Source of the DNA: an uncultured Acidobacteriota bacterium
GTDB taxonomy: Bacteria > Acidobacteriota > Thermoanaerobaculia > UBA5066
Assembly (NCBI GenBank): GCA_963779415.1
Contig: CAVZYA010000001.1
Span: 1,248,001-1,312,000, forward strand
DNA: 64,000 nt
Direction: 5' to 3'
In this document: in pieces, positions 1 to 10,068 of the stretch
Layout of the letters: every line of letters begins with the position of its first letter
Position numbering within the stretch: position 1 is the stretch's first letter
Translations under genes and position numbers: made by a program
Notes under the pieces: generated by a model
What the model saw: only the letters and a program-made list of their open reading frames with translations
Database searches by the model: none
What the model was told of the DNA's origin: nothing

Positions 1-1
1 G

Positions 2-1291
2 CGACAGATCCTCCTGTACGTGGACGACGAGCACCTGATGCCCTTCGACCGTCCGCGGGCGTTCGAAGGGCTGCGGGACCTCGTCACCAAGCTCTCCCCC
101 TCGGACCAGGTCGCCCTCTTCCGGTACAACCGGGGCGCCACCCGTGCCCTCGTCCCCTTCACCTCCTCGAAGGAGGCGCTCCTGGACGGGATCGCGAAAC
201 TCACGCCGATGGCCCCGAACGGGCTCAGCTGGTACGTCCAGGCCGAACAGGACTACCGGACGGCGCGCGCCTCCAGCGCGCAGTCCCGGCAAAGCATCAT
301 CCGGGACTACTCCGCGCGGGCGAAGGTCCGCGAAGACAACGCCCTCTCCGACCTCCGCCGCGCCATCTCGGCGCTCGCCGCGCGCTCGGGCAAGCGGACG
401 CTCGTCTATGTCGGGACCGGGATCGAGCTCCACCCCGGCCAGACGCTGGCCTTCTCGGTCGGGTTTCGCGGGCTCCAGCAGTTCGAGTACGACGTGGTGC
501 CGAGCTACCGGGCCGTCCTCGCCGAGGCGAACGAATCCGGGGTCACGATCTATGCGATCGACGCCCGGGGCCTGACGACCGACGTCGACGCCGGCGAGTC
601 CCAGCCCTCGGAGCTGACGCCGTTCGAGCGGATCGCCGCACGACGCGAGGTCCCGGCGGGGCTGGCCGGGGAGACCGGCGGATTCCTCTTCGAGAATCGC
701 AACGTCTTCAAATCGGCCGCCGACCAGATCTACCGGGAGTCGAGCACTTTCTACTCACTCGGCGTCACCCTCTCGAACCTCCCGAAGAAGGAGGCCTACT
801 CGATCAAGGTCTCGGTGACCCGGCCGGGCGTGACCGTCCGTTCGCGGAGCGCCCTCGTCCCGACGAGCGCCGGGAAGGCCGCGGCAAACCGGATGGAGCT
901 GGCCCTCATGACGCCGGAAGCGCGGGGCGACTTCGACCTCGATGTCTCCGCCGGCGCCGCGAAATCCGGCGGGATCGGGCGCCGCCTGGTGCCGCTCGAG
1001 GTGAAGATCCCCCTTTCCGCCCTGACGTACCGCGACGTCGCCGGCCGGAAGGAAGCCGTCGTCGACGTGACGGTCGCGGCCGTCGAGGATTCGGGCGCGC
1101 GCTCCGAACCCGTGACGAAGCGGCAGGTCATCTCACTCGACCCCGCCCGGTGGGAAGCCGACAAGGGACGCTACTTCCTCTTCGTCGCCGACCTGAAGAG
1201 CCGAACCGGCAACCATCGGTTCGTCGTCACCGCCAGGGACCTGACGACGAACCGGATGGGGCTCGGATCGGCGAGCGTCCGGGTCGAGTAG
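2..1291 (+). CDS. VWA (von Willebrand A) domain protein, Acidobacterial type; 5' end lies outside the window
   Basis: Frame is open from the left edge (RQILLYVDDEHL...). Motifs DQVALFRY, GKRTLVYVGTG, ANESGVTIYAIDARGL, LAGETGG and FYSLG. Confidence 0.8.
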   Translation, partial: RQILLYVDDEHLMPFDRPRAFEGLRDLVTKLSPSDQVALFRYNRGATRALVPFTSSKEALLDGIAKLTPMAPNGLSWYVQAEQDYRTARASSAQSRQSIIRDYSARAKVREDNALSDLRRAISALAARSGKRTLVYVGTGIELHPGQTLAFSVGFRGLQQFEYDVVPSYRAVLAEANESGVTIYAIDARGLTTDVDAGESQPSELTPFERIAARREVPAGLAGETGGFLFENRNVFKSAADQIYRESSTFYSLGVTLSNLPKKEAYSIKVSVTRPGVTVRSRSALVPTSAGKAAANRMELALMTPEARGDFDLDVSAGAAKSGGIGRRLVPLEVKIPLSALTYRDVAGRKEAVVDVTVAAVEDSGARSEPVTKRQVISLDPARWEADKGRYFLFVADLKSRTGNHRFVVTARDLTTNRMGLGSASVRVE

Positions 1292-1302
1292 TCGGGCAGC
1301 GG

Positions 1303-2853
1303 CTAGTTCTTCGGCGTGTCCGGCGCCGGTGGCTTCGGGGCACCCGTCAGCGTGAAGGGGGCCGAGGCTTCCAGCTTCTTACCGGTCGCCTGGTCCAACA
1401 ACGTGATCCGGAGCTCGAAATCGCCTGTGCGGAAATAGTCCCCGAGCTTATCGTCCACGATCACGCCGGCGAGGTCGAGAATCAGCGTTCCGGGCTCCTT
1501 GAAATCCGGTACGGGAATCGGCTTTTCCTCGCCCCCCGGGACATCGATGGCGGATCCCCCCTTCGGCCGGATCCGGAGCGACCGCCTGATGAACGTCGTC
1601 TTCGTGACGGGGTCGACCGAAGGGTTGTAGATCCGGATCGCGTACGAAAGCCCGTCCTTGACGTCAAACTTCCCTTCCGGCGGCGCCACGAATCTCCTTC
1701 CGGAGAAGGTGAAGGCCTCGTCGAGCTTCTTCGGATCTGCCGGGAGGTCGTCGTTCCCGACGAAGAGGCCCGAGGAGGCGAACTCCGTCGGAACGGGAGC
1801 CACGGTCGCCGTCCGGTGACAGACGGCGATCACGGCGCCCGAGGCGTCGACGAGCGCCTCCGCGACGTCGTAGTCCCCCGGTGCGAGAGCGATCGCCCGG
1901 TTCGCGAAGAGGTCGTTCTTCGACCTCTCGAGGCCGGCCGCCTCTTCGAGTCGCGCCGCGTCTTTTCCTTCCTTGTCGCGCGCAAGAAGGGCGAGCTTCG
2001 TCGTCTCCGGGGCCGTCACCGAGACCGCGGCGACAGAGAGCTGCAGCATCAGGCGCGTGGCGCCGTCCCGGTAGGCGATCGGCAGGGCCACGAGAGGGCC
2101 GGCCGGCGGCCTGGCGATCGCGGCCTCCAGCGACGCCCGGACTGCCGGCGTCAGAACCGGACCCTTCGCAGCCTCGGCGGCGGCCTTCTGCTCGGCCTCG
2201 TACTGCTCCCGCGTCAGGTAGACCGGAGGCTCCTTGAGCGCCGGATTGACGAGCGCCGCTTCCACGGCCTTCTTCTGCAGCGCGGCGAACTGGCTCGCCT
2301 TCACTAGCGTCTCGGTGCCGCGCGCCTGGTCGTTCTCGACGACGATCTCGATCTTCTTGACCCCCGAGAAGGCCGGAATCCGGTCCTCCTCGTAGACGAA
2401 GGTGTACTGGATCGTCCGGGGCCCGGGGAGCTGGGGCTCGTCTCCCTTCTGTGGATTCTCGGCTCCGAATGAAGAAGAAATCTGACGCGGAACGATCTGC
2501 TTCGGCGGACCGAGGACGATGAGGACCTTCCCCCGCTCGGTCAGGGAGCCGCGGCGGCCGCGCAGCGCGAAGCGCTCGTCGGCGAGCTTCACGAGCGCCT
2601 CGACCCGGTCCTTGAACTCGTTCTGCTGAGTCTTGAGGTCGGGGTCCCGGCGCGCCCAGAAGAGCGCGATGAAGCGGACGGCCTCGTCGTCGGAATTCAG
2701 CTTCCGGAACGCGGCCTTCTCGTCGTCCGTCGCGAAGTAGAGGAACTCGGGCCCCTTGTCCCAGTCCTTGTACTTGTCGAGAGCGGCCAAGGCCGGTGCG
2801 GCGACGGTCGCGGCGAGAGTCGCGACCGCCATCATGCGGCAGAGTGTCTTCAT
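1303..2853 (-). CDS. GWxTD-domain protein with signal peptide
   Basis: FIALFWARRDPD...NEFK...ADERF...GSLTERGKVLIVLGPP matches the GWxTD domain (variant GSLTE). N-terminal signal peptide. Confidence 0.8.
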   Translation of the reverse strand: MKTLCRMMAVATLAATVAAPALAALDKYKDWDKGPEFLYFATDDEKAAFRKLNSDDEAVRFIALFWARRDPDLKTQQNEFKDRVEALVKLADERFALRGRRGSLTERGKVLIVLGPPKQIVPRQISSSFGAENPQKGDEPQLPGPRTIQYTFVYEEDRIPAFSGVKKIEIVVENDQARGTETLVKASQFAALQKKAVEAALVNPALKEPPVYLTREQYEAEQKAAAEAAKGPVLTPAVRASLEAAIARPPAGPLVALPIAYRDGATRLMLQLSVAAVSVTAPETTKLALLARDKEGKDAARLEEAAGLERSKNDLFANRAIALAPGDYDVAEALVDASGAVIAVCHRTATVAPVPTEFASSGLFVGNDDLPADPKKLDEAFTFSGRRFVAPPEGKFDVKDGLSYAIRIYNPSVDPVTKTTFIRRSLRIRPKGGSAIDVPGGEEKPIPVPDFKEPGTLILDLAGVIVDDKLGDYFRTGDFELRITLLDQATGKKLEASAPFTLTGAPKPPAPDTPKN

Positions 2854-3009
2854 GCTGGGGAACCCCCGGATGGAGAGATCTCGGCGCGCGGCCGCGCCGA
2901 CGGATCACTATAACGCCCGACCCCCTCCCCGTCGTCCCGAGTCAAGTGCTTCAGGCGGCGCCGCTCCCCGCCTCGACGCCGGTAGACTCCCGCGCGGAGG
3001 GCTCGCCCG

Positions 3010-4620
3010 ATGGATCGACCCCGGCCGGTTCTTCTCGCCGTCCTCGACGGCTTCGGAAAGGCTCCGGATTCGCCGTGGAACGCGGTCTCCCGCGCCACGA
3101 AGCCCACCTTCGACCGCCTCTTCGCCCGCCGCCCCTGGACGATGGTCGAGACTTCGGGTGAGCGGGTCGGCCTCCCCGAAGGCCAGATGGGGAACTCCGA
3201 GGTCGGTCACACGATTCTCGGTGCCGGCCGGGTCGTCTATCAGGACATCGTCCGGATCTCGAAGTCGATCAAGGACGGGGACTTCTTCACGAATCCCGCC
3301 CTCCTCAGCGCCTGCGCGGCCGCGGAAGCCGGAAGCGGCACCCTCCATTTCTTCGGCCTTCTCTCGCACGGCGGCGTTCACTCGCTTCAGGAGCACCTCG
3401 ACGCCCTGATCGATCTCGCGCACCGCGCCGGCGTGCCCCGCGTCATCGTCCACGCCTTCCTCGACGGACGCGACACGCCGCCGACCTCGGGCGTCGGGAA
3501 CGTCCGGGAGCTTCTCGCGACGCTCGCGCGGTACCCCCAAGCGCGCCTCGGCTCGATCGTCGGGCGCTACTACGCCATGGACCGCGACAAGCGCTGGGAG
3601 CGTGTCGAAAAGGCCTACCGCCTCCTGACCGAGGGCGAGGCCGCGCAGATCGTCGCCGAGGCGGACGCTCCGGCCGCCGTGGAGAACGCCTACGCCAGGA
3701 AAATCACGGACGAGTTCATGGAGCCGATCTCGGTTCGGTCCGGGCCCGGTGCCCCCCGCGTCGTCGCCGACGGGGACGCCGCCGTCTTCTTCAACTTCCG
3801 GGCGGACCGGCCCCGCGAGCTTTCGAGGGCGTTCTTCGAGACGGAGTTCTCTGGCTTTTCGCGCCGCGTCCACCCGAAGATCTCCCTCGTCTCGATGACC
3901 GAGTACCAGGCCGACTTTCCCCTCCCGGTCGCCTTCCCGCCTCAGTCGCTCGTCAACTCCTTCCCCCAGATCCTTGCGTCCCGTCACCTGAAGAACCTCA
4001 GAATCGCGGAGACGGAGAAGTACGCCCACGTCACCTTCTTCTTCAATGGTGGCGAAGAGAAGGTCTACCCCGGCGAGGAGCGGATTCTCGTCCCGTCGCC
4101 CAAGGTCGCCACGTACGACCTGAAGCCCGAGATGTCGGCCTTCGAGGTGACGGAGAAGCTCCTCGCCGCCATCGCCTCCGAACGGTTCGACTTCATCCTC
4201 GTCAACTACGCGAACTGCGACATGGTGGGGCACACGGGTCTCTTCGAGGCGGCGAAGAGAGCCGTCGAGGTCGTCGACGGCTGCCTCGGGCGCATCCTCG
4301 CCGCCGTCGAGGCGAAGGGGGGGGCCGCGATCGTCACCTCCGATCACGGCAACGCGGAGAAGATGTGGGACGAGGCGCGGAACGAGCCCTACACCGCCCA
4401 CACGGTCGGCCCCGTTCCCCTCATCCTCGCCGTCGCACCTCCGAGAGCCGACTGCGCGACGCTGTCCGGGGGCGGCTCGCTGGAAGACGTCTCTCCCACG
4501 CTTCTCGGGATCATGGGAATCCCGCAGCCGAAGGAGATGACGGGGAAGGACCTCCGGGTGGATCCCGGGCGCTCCTCACTTCCGCGGACGGACGAGTACG
4601 GGAAGAAGCCGGCACCATGA
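3010..4620 (+). CDS. gpmI: 2,3-bisphosphoglycerate-independent phosphoglycerate mutase
   Basis: VLDGFG, GQMGNSEVGH, GRYYAMDRD, AETEKYAHVTFFFNGG, DMVGHTG and TSDHGNAE. GGAGG upstream. Confidence 0.97.
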   Translation: MDRPRPVLLAVLDGFGKAPDSPWNAVSRATKPTFDRLFARRPWTMVETSGERVGLPEGQMGNSEVGHTILGAGRVVYQDIVRISKSIKDGDFFTNPALLSACAAAEAGSGTLHFFGLLSHGGVHSLQEHLDALIDLAHRAGVPRVIVHAFLDGRDTPPTSGVGNVRELLATLARYPQARLGSIVGRYYAMDRDKRWERVEKAYRLLTEGEAAQIVAEADAPAAVENAYARKITDEFMEPISVRSGPGAPRVVADGDAAVFFNFRADRPRELSRAFFETEFSGFSRRVHPKISLVSMTEYQADFPLPVAFPPQSLVNSFPQILASRHLKNLRIAETEKYAHVTFFFNGGEEKVYPGEERILVPSPKVATYDLKPEMSAFEVTEKLLAAIASERFDFILVNYANCDMVGHTGLFEAAKRAVEVVDGCLGRILAAVEAKGGAAIVTSDHGNAEKMWDEARNEPYTAHTVGPVPLILAVAPPRADCATLSGGGSLEDVSPTLLGIMGIPQPKEMTGKDLRVDPGRSSLPRTDEYGKKPAP

Positions 4621-6047
4621 GGCCGGGGCGACGAACCTGCTCCTTCGCTCTCGGCCTGCTGCTCCTCCGGGCGGCGCCCGGGCAGGCGGAAGAGCCGCTG
4701 TCATACACCGTCGACGCGACCGGGGTCGCCAAGGGCCGTGTCCGCATCACCCTGATGCTCCCCGTAGCCCTCGCGGCCCCAGTAGACCTCGTGATGCCCC
4801 GCAGCTATCCGGGCGGCTACTCGACCGTCCTCTACGACCGGTTCGTCCAGACGGTGGAGACGTTTAGCCCCTCGGGCGCGTCCCTCTCCGTGGCGCCTGC
4901 CGAGTACGGCCCAAGGTGGCGGCTCGGTAGGACCGGCGAGCGCGTCGCGAAGATCGCCTACGAGGTGGACGTCGCGCGAATGGAGCGCGAGCTCCCCTCC
5001 GCGATCGACGCCTCGAAGGTCCGGTCGCGCTACGCCGGTCTCCTCGGCTACTCGGTGTTCGCTTTCGTGGACGGCTTCGAACGACATCCGGTCTCTCTCT
5101 CGGTCCTCGCGCCGGAGGGCTGGCCCGTTCTTACGACGCTCGCGCCGTCCGTGCCCGCTCCGGTCGGGACGCTCTCCGCGCGGGCTGCGGACTACGACGC
5201 GCTCGCGGACTCCGAGATCCTCATGGGGCCCGGCCTCGCACTCACCCGCCTTCCCGGCGCAATCCCTCTCGTCATGGCGGTCTACGCCGAGTGCGAGGAA
5301 GACCTCGCTCTCGAGGGCGCGCTCGCGCGAACGGCTCTCGACCGTGTGCAGGCGTACTTCGGGGACGTTCCGCTCCGGTCCTACACGGTTCAGCTCGAAC
5401 TCCTCAAGCCCCTCCCGGACCACGGGTATGGCTTCAGCCAGGAGCACGTCGACAGCGGGACATTCAGCCTCTCCGAGAAAGAAGCGACAACCGAGAAGAC
5501 GAGCGAGGACCAGCGTCTCCGAACGCTCCTGAACTACGCGCACCACATGGCACACAGCTGGATCCCGAAGCGCGCCTACGGACCCGGTTACTCCCCGTAC
5601 ACATGGGAGCTGACTCCCGCGCTCGACACCGTCTGGTTCAACGAGGGCTTCGGCCGCTACGCCGCGATCCAGGCGGTCGCCGACGGGATGTCTCCCGCCG
5701 ACGGCGCCGCCGTTCGCGCACGCTCTCTCGCGCGGCTGAAGCAGATCCTCGACCAGGCGCCGCCCTTCCTGCAGCGGATGTCGCTGCTCGACCTCTCCCG
5801 CACGGCATCGTTCCTCTACTCCGCGGACTTTCGCGTCGGCAGGAACACGTTTGCGCGCGGCGCGCTCATGGCCGCCGAGATGGACGACCGGATTCGCGCG
5901 GCGTCGGGCGGGACCCGGAGCCTGCGCGGCGCGCTCCGCGCCCTCCTCCGCACGCCGCAGCCGTTCCGGATCGGAGACCTCCCCCGCATCTTCCGCGAAG
6001 CCACGGGCGTCGACGTGGGGGAGATCCTCGACCGCTGGATGAAGTAG
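4617..6047 (+). CDS. M61-family (glycyl aminopeptidase-like) secreted peptidase with atypical zinc motif
   Basis: ATG overlaps the gpmI stop (ATGA). Signal peptide; MPRSYPGGY, DYDALADSEI, QEH, AHHMAHSWIPKR and WFNEGFGRY. Confidence 0.75.
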   Translation: MRPGRRTCSFALGLLLLRAAPGQAEEPLSYTVDATGVAKGRVRITLMLPVALAAPVDLVMPRSYPGGYSTVLYDRFVQTVETFSPSGASLSVAPAEYGPRWRLGRTGERVAKIAYEVDVARMERELPSAIDASKVRSRYAGLLGYSVFAFVDGFERHPVSLSVLAPEGWPVLTTLAPSVPAPVGTLSARAADYDALADSEILMGPGLALTRLPGAIPLVMAVYAECEEDLALEGALARTALDRVQAYFGDVPLRSYTVQLELLKPLPDHGYGFSQEHVDSGTFSLSEKEATTEKTSEDQRLRTLLNYAHHMAHSWIPKRAYGPGYSPYTWELTPALDTVWFNEGFGRYAAIQAVADGMSPADGAAVRARSLARLKQILDQAPPFLQRMSLLDLSRTASFLYSADFRVGRNTFARGALMAAEMDDRIRAASGGTRSLRGALRALLRTPQPFRIGDLPRIFREATGVDVGEILDRWMK

Positions 6048-6232
6048 CCGATCCTCGCCTGCGCCCGTTCCCGTGGTTCCTGTCAAAGAACGGGCCCATA
6101 ACCCGTCAACAACTGGGACTTGTACTTGCAGGACGCCCCTCCGGGTCGCCGCTGAGATCTCGGGGCGCGCGAGCCGTCCGCGCCGTCGGCTCGCCGGCCA
6201 AAGCCCGATCTCCGAAAGTCAGGCTGACGCGG

Positions 6233-7915
6233 TCAGGGCTCCCGCCCGGCGAGAACGGGCATCGCGGCTCCGAGAAGCGCCCGGGCTTCCTCGAGCGGCG
6301 CGTCGTCCCGGATCGAGTCGATCGGAAGGCGGACGAATCGTGCGGCGGCGTGCCGGAGAGGGTGCCCGTCGGGCATGCGCGAGGCCTCCGCCACGAGAAG
6401 GGCGGCCTCCACGGCGTGGCCCACGGTCAGGGCGAATCGCCGCGCGCCGGCTTCGAGCGCCGCCGTGTCCGGAACGCGGGAGAGCCATGCCGCCGCGTGC
6501 CGGAGAGCGCCGGAGATCGACCGGGCCGCGGGTTCGAGCGGTCCCCGGGCTTCCGCGAGGCATCGTGAAATTTCGCGTTCGACCGGCGCGAGTCCTTCTC
6601 CCTTCGAGGTCGCGCGAAGCAGGTCGAGCGAGAGAACGTTCGTCGTCCCTTCCCAGAGCGGCAAGACCTGCGCGTCCCGGAGAAGCCGCGGAAGCCCCGT
6701 GTCCTCGATGTAACCGGCGCCCCCGAACGCCTCGAGGGCCTCGCTCGCGATGACGATCGCCTGCTTCCCCGTCGTCAGCTTCGCGATCGGCGTCAGGAGA
6801 CGGAGAAGCCCCTCTTCGCCATCGGAGAGAGCGCCGTTCTCCTCCCGACCGAGGAGCTCGACGACCCGGAACGTGAGAAGGAACGCCCCGGCATAGAGCG
6901 CCTCGATGTCCGCGAGCGTCTCGGCGTGGAGCGGCTTCTCGGTCAGGTGAGCCCCGAAGGCGACCCGCTTCGCCGCCCAGTCACGCGCAAGGTCGAGCGC
7001 CCGCCTCATTCCGGAGACCGCGGCGACGGCGTTCCAGGTCCGCGTCATGTTCAGCATCGTCGTGATGTTCTTGACGCCGTTCACGAGTCCCATCACCGGG
7101 ACCGCCCGGGCCCCGACGAGGTCCAGCTCCGCGGTCGGCAGCATTCGCGTCCCGAGCTTGTCCTTCAGCCGGTGAATGACGAGGCCGTTCGGCTCGCCCG
7201 CCTCGTCGCGGATCTCGAGATAGAAGAGGGCCAGGCCCTTTCCGCCCGGCGGGTTCCCCTCGGGGCGCGCCAGCGTCAGGGCCATCTCCGAGGTCGTCGC
7301 GGACGTGAACCACTTGTTCCCGTAGAGCCTCCACGTGCCCCCTTCGGGCCGCGCCACGGTCTCGCTCTCCCCCACGTCGGATCCTCCGATCCGCTCGGTC
7401 ATCCACTGGCCCGAGGTCCAGGCACGGGCGGGGTCCCGCGCGGTCAGGCGCGGCAACGCCCGGGCGGCGAGGTCGGCGTTTCCGGACGTGACGAGCGTCT
7501 TCGCCGCGCCGTCGGTCATCGCGAGCGGGCAGGAGGTGACCCCCGACGAGGGCTCGAAGAGGTGGACGAGGGCGAACTGATGGAGGCGCGAAAAGGGGCC
7601 GTGCCGCCGTTCGTACGGAATGGCGACGAGCCCCTTCTCGGCCGAGATCCGGAGCGTCTCCTTCCAGAGCCGCGTCAGCTCGATCCGGTCGATCCGGCGC
7701 CCCCACGGGTCCCACGAGGTCAGGACCGGGATCGCCGCCTCGTCCTCCCGGAGAAGCTCGTGGAGCGGCCCGCCCGAAAGGGCCCCCATCTCCCGGAGAG
7801 AGGGCTCGATCTCCCGGAGGACCCCGGCCGGGACGTGATTCTCGAGAAAGGCTCGAAGAAGCGCGTCGCTCTCGTACGTGTTGCCGAGCGCTGGGGGAGC
7901 CTGGATGAAGGTCAT
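6233..7915 (-). CDS. Acyl-CoA dehydrogenase family protein (AidB-like)
   Basis: CPLAMTDGA, GQWMTERIGGSDV, GNKWFTS, RLKDKLGTR, EAFGGAGYIED and LWEGTTNV. Confidence 0.9.
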   Translation of the reverse strand: MTFIQAPPALGNTYESDALLRAFLENHVPAGVLREIEPSLREMGALSGGPLHELLREDEAAIPVLTSWDPWGRRIDRIELTRLWKETLRISAEKGLVAIPYERRHGPFSRLHQFALVHLFEPSSGVTSCPLAMTDGAAKTLVTSGNADLAARALPRLTARDPARAWTSGQWMTERIGGSDVGESETVARPEGGTWRLYGNKWFTSATTSEMALTLARPEGNPPGGKGLALFYLEIRDEAGEPNGLVIHRLKDKLGTRMLPTAELDLVGARAVPVMGLVNGVKNITTMLNMTRTWNAVAAVSGMRRALDLARDWAAKRVAFGAHLTEKPLHAETLADIEALYAGAFLLTFRVVELLGREENGALSDGEEGLLRLLTPIAKLTTGKQAIVIASEALEAFGGAGYIEDTGLPRLLRDAQVLPLWEGTTNVLSLDLLRATSKGEGLAPVEREISRCLAEARGPLEPAARSISGALRHAAAWLSRVPDTAALEAGARRFALTVGHAVEAALLVAEASRMPDGHPLRHAAARFVRLPIDSIRDDAPLEEARALLGAAMPVLAGREP

Positions 7916-8078
7916 CGTGTTGCCTCCGTCTGGTCAGCTCTTCGATCCATTCTCCTTCAACACCCTGAAAATCCCTCGGTCACCGTCCTGGGCTCCGGGT
8001 CGTACGTGCTAGGCTGTAAATGTCGGGCGGGGGGCCCGGCTCTACAACAATCAGAAACACGAAGAAAGGGGAAACTCT

Positions 8079-8501
8079 ATGAAGCGCATCCACCTGTTGC
8101 TCAAGTTTGTCCTGGCCGTGATCGTTGCGTCAGGCGTATCCAGCGGGATGCTGAGCGCCCAGGAACCGCTGAAGGCCGGGAAGGTCCTGGCCCGGACGGA
8201 GCTGGCGAACGCAAAGGGAATGGAAGCCATCCTGGTGCTCCGCATCCTGCCTCCCGGAGTCGAGAGTGGAAAGCATACCCAGTCAGGCACCGAGATCGTC
8301 TACGTCCAGGAAGGCTCCATCATCTTCGAGGCGCAGGGAAAGCCTCCCGTGACGCTCAAGGCCGGGGAGGCGTTCCACACCGTGGCCGGTGAAGTGCACA
8401 ACGTGAAGAATGCCAGCGCCACCGAGCCCGCCAGGGCCCTCGCGTTCTACGTCGAAAAGAAGGGCACCAGGCTCGAAGACCTCTCTGTTCCCGCGAAATA
8501 G
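8079..8501 (+). CDS. Cupin-domain protein with signal peptide
   Basis: KHTQSGTEIVYVQEGSI...LKAGEAF...EVHNVKN cupin motifs. Lower GC than its neighbours. Confidence 0.85.
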   Translation: MKRIHLLLKFVLAVIVASGVSSGMLSAQEPLKAGKVLARTELANAKGMEAILVLRILPPGVESGKHTQSGTEIVYVQEGSIIFEAQGKPPVTLKAGEAFHTVAGEVHNVKNASATEPARALAFYVEKKGTRLEDLSVPAK

Positions 8502-8694
8502 GCCGTCTGCCTCGCCGGACTAGCGGCTGATTCAAGAGAAATCGGGCCCGAGGTGTGAAGGGACACCTCGAGGCCCGTGCCGCCTGCCTCCCCGGGTCGA
8601 ATGAAGGCGGATCGTGTCCGCGGAGATCGGGAGAGTCGTGGCTGCAACTGAGTCTCCTTCCATGTATGATCTCGCCAAAAAGGGGGGATGTCCT

Positions 8695-10068
8695 ATGGCG
8701 AAGCAGACCATGGAGGAGCTCCGCGGAGCGGTCCGCGGTCCGGTGATCATCCGCGGCGACTCGGATTACGACGCCGCACGCAAGGTCTACAACGGAATGA
8801 TCGACCGGCACCCGAGCGTGATCGTCCGCGCGGTGGACGCCGCCGACGTGATCGCGGCCGTCGCCTTCTCCCGCGAGAACGGCCTCGACCTTTCGGTCCG
8901 GGGCGGATCGCACAGCGTCCCCGGGTTCGGCACGAACGACGGCGGCGTCGTGATCGACCTCGGGAGGATGAAGGGGATTCGGGTAGACGCGGCGGCCCGG
9001 ACGGTGCGCGCCGACGGAGGCTGCACGTGGGGCGACGTCTTCCACGCCACCTATCCGTTCGGCATGACGACGACGGGCGGCATCATCTCGACGACGGGGA
9101 TCGGCGGCCTCACCCTCGGGGGCGGCATCGGCCATCTGTCGCGTGGCCACGGGCTCTCGATCGACAACCTGCTCTCCGCCGACGTCGTCACGGCCGACGG
9201 GCGCTTCCTCGTCGCGAGCCCGAGGGAGAACCCGGACCTCTTCTGGGCGCTCCGGGGCGGCGGCGGCAACTTCGGCGCCGTCACGTCGTTCAAGTACCGG
9301 CTGCATCCGGTGAAAGACGTCTTCGTCGGCCTCGTTTTCTTCGAGCTGTCGGCGGCCCGGCAGGTGCTGGAGTTCTACCGCCAGTACATCGCGACGGCTC
9401 CGGAGGAGATGGGCGCGTTCTTCGCATGGCAGATCGCGCCACCGCTCCCCTTCATTCCCGAGAAACGGCACGGCGAGCCCTTCTGCGCGATCGTAGCCTG
9501 CTGGGCCGGGCCGCTCGAGAAGGGAGAGCAGGCCATGCAGCCGATCCGGAAGGCCGGGCCCATCGCCGCCGAGCTGATGACGCCGATGCCCTTCCCGGCG
9601 CTGAACGGCGCCTTCGACGCCCTGGTGCCGGCCGGCCTCCAGCACTACTGGAAGACGGCCTTCGCGCCCGACATCACCGACGGGGCGATCGCGGCGCACC
9701 TCGCGCACGGGCCGAAGGTCCCCGTCGTCAACTCGACGGTCCACATCTATCCGATCAACGGGGCCTGCAACCGGGTCGCCCCCGACGCGACGGCGTTCGC
9801 CTGGCGCGACGCCCGTTTCGCGACGGTGATCGCCGGAATGTGGCCGGACCCGAAAGACAACGCGAAGAACACCCGGTGGGTGAAGGATTTCTACGCCGCC
9901 CTCGCCCCCCACTCGTCCCAGGGCGGCTACGTCAACTTCATGGCCGAAGACGACCAGGGCCGCGTGAGGGACAGCTACAAGGGAAACTACGACCGGCTCG
10001 CTTCGATCAAGAGGAAATACGATCCGGGAAACCTCTTCCACATGAACCAGAACATCAAGCCTGCCTGA
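8695..10068 (+). CDS. FAD-binding oxidoreductase (VAO/berberine-bridge-enzyme-like)
   Basis: VRGGSHS (covalent FAD His), GIGGLTLGGGIG, LFWALRGGGGNFG, YVNF...KRKYDPGNLF. Confidence 0.92.
   Translation: MAKQTMEELRGAVRGPVIIRGDSDYDAARKVYNGMIDRHPSVIVRAVDAADVIAAVAFSRENGLDLSVRGGSHSVPGFGTNDGGVVIDLGRMKGIRVDAAARTVRADGGCTWGDVFHATYPFGMTTTGGIISTTGIGGLTLGGGIGHLSRGHGLSIDNLLSADVVTADGRFLVASPRENPDLFWALRGGGGNFGAVTSFKYRLHPVKDVFVGLVFFELSAARQVLEFYRQYIATAPEEMGAFFAWQIAPPLPFIPEKRHGEPFCAIVACWAGPLEKGEQAMQPIRKAGPIAAELMTPMPFPALNGAFDALVPAGLQHYWKTAFAPDITDGAIAAHLAHGPKVPVVNSTVHIYPINGACNRVAPDATAFAWRDARFATVIAGMWPDPKDNAKNTRWVKDFYAALAPHSSQGGYVNFMAEDDQGRVRDSYKGNYDRLASIKRKYDPGNLFHMNQNIKPA

Noticed and set aside
9978-9988. 11-nt match (CAAGGGAAACT) between the CRISPR spacer and the FAD oxidoreductase gene
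   Set aside because: Too short, misses the first spacer bases, has no TTC PAM, and is compatible with chance.
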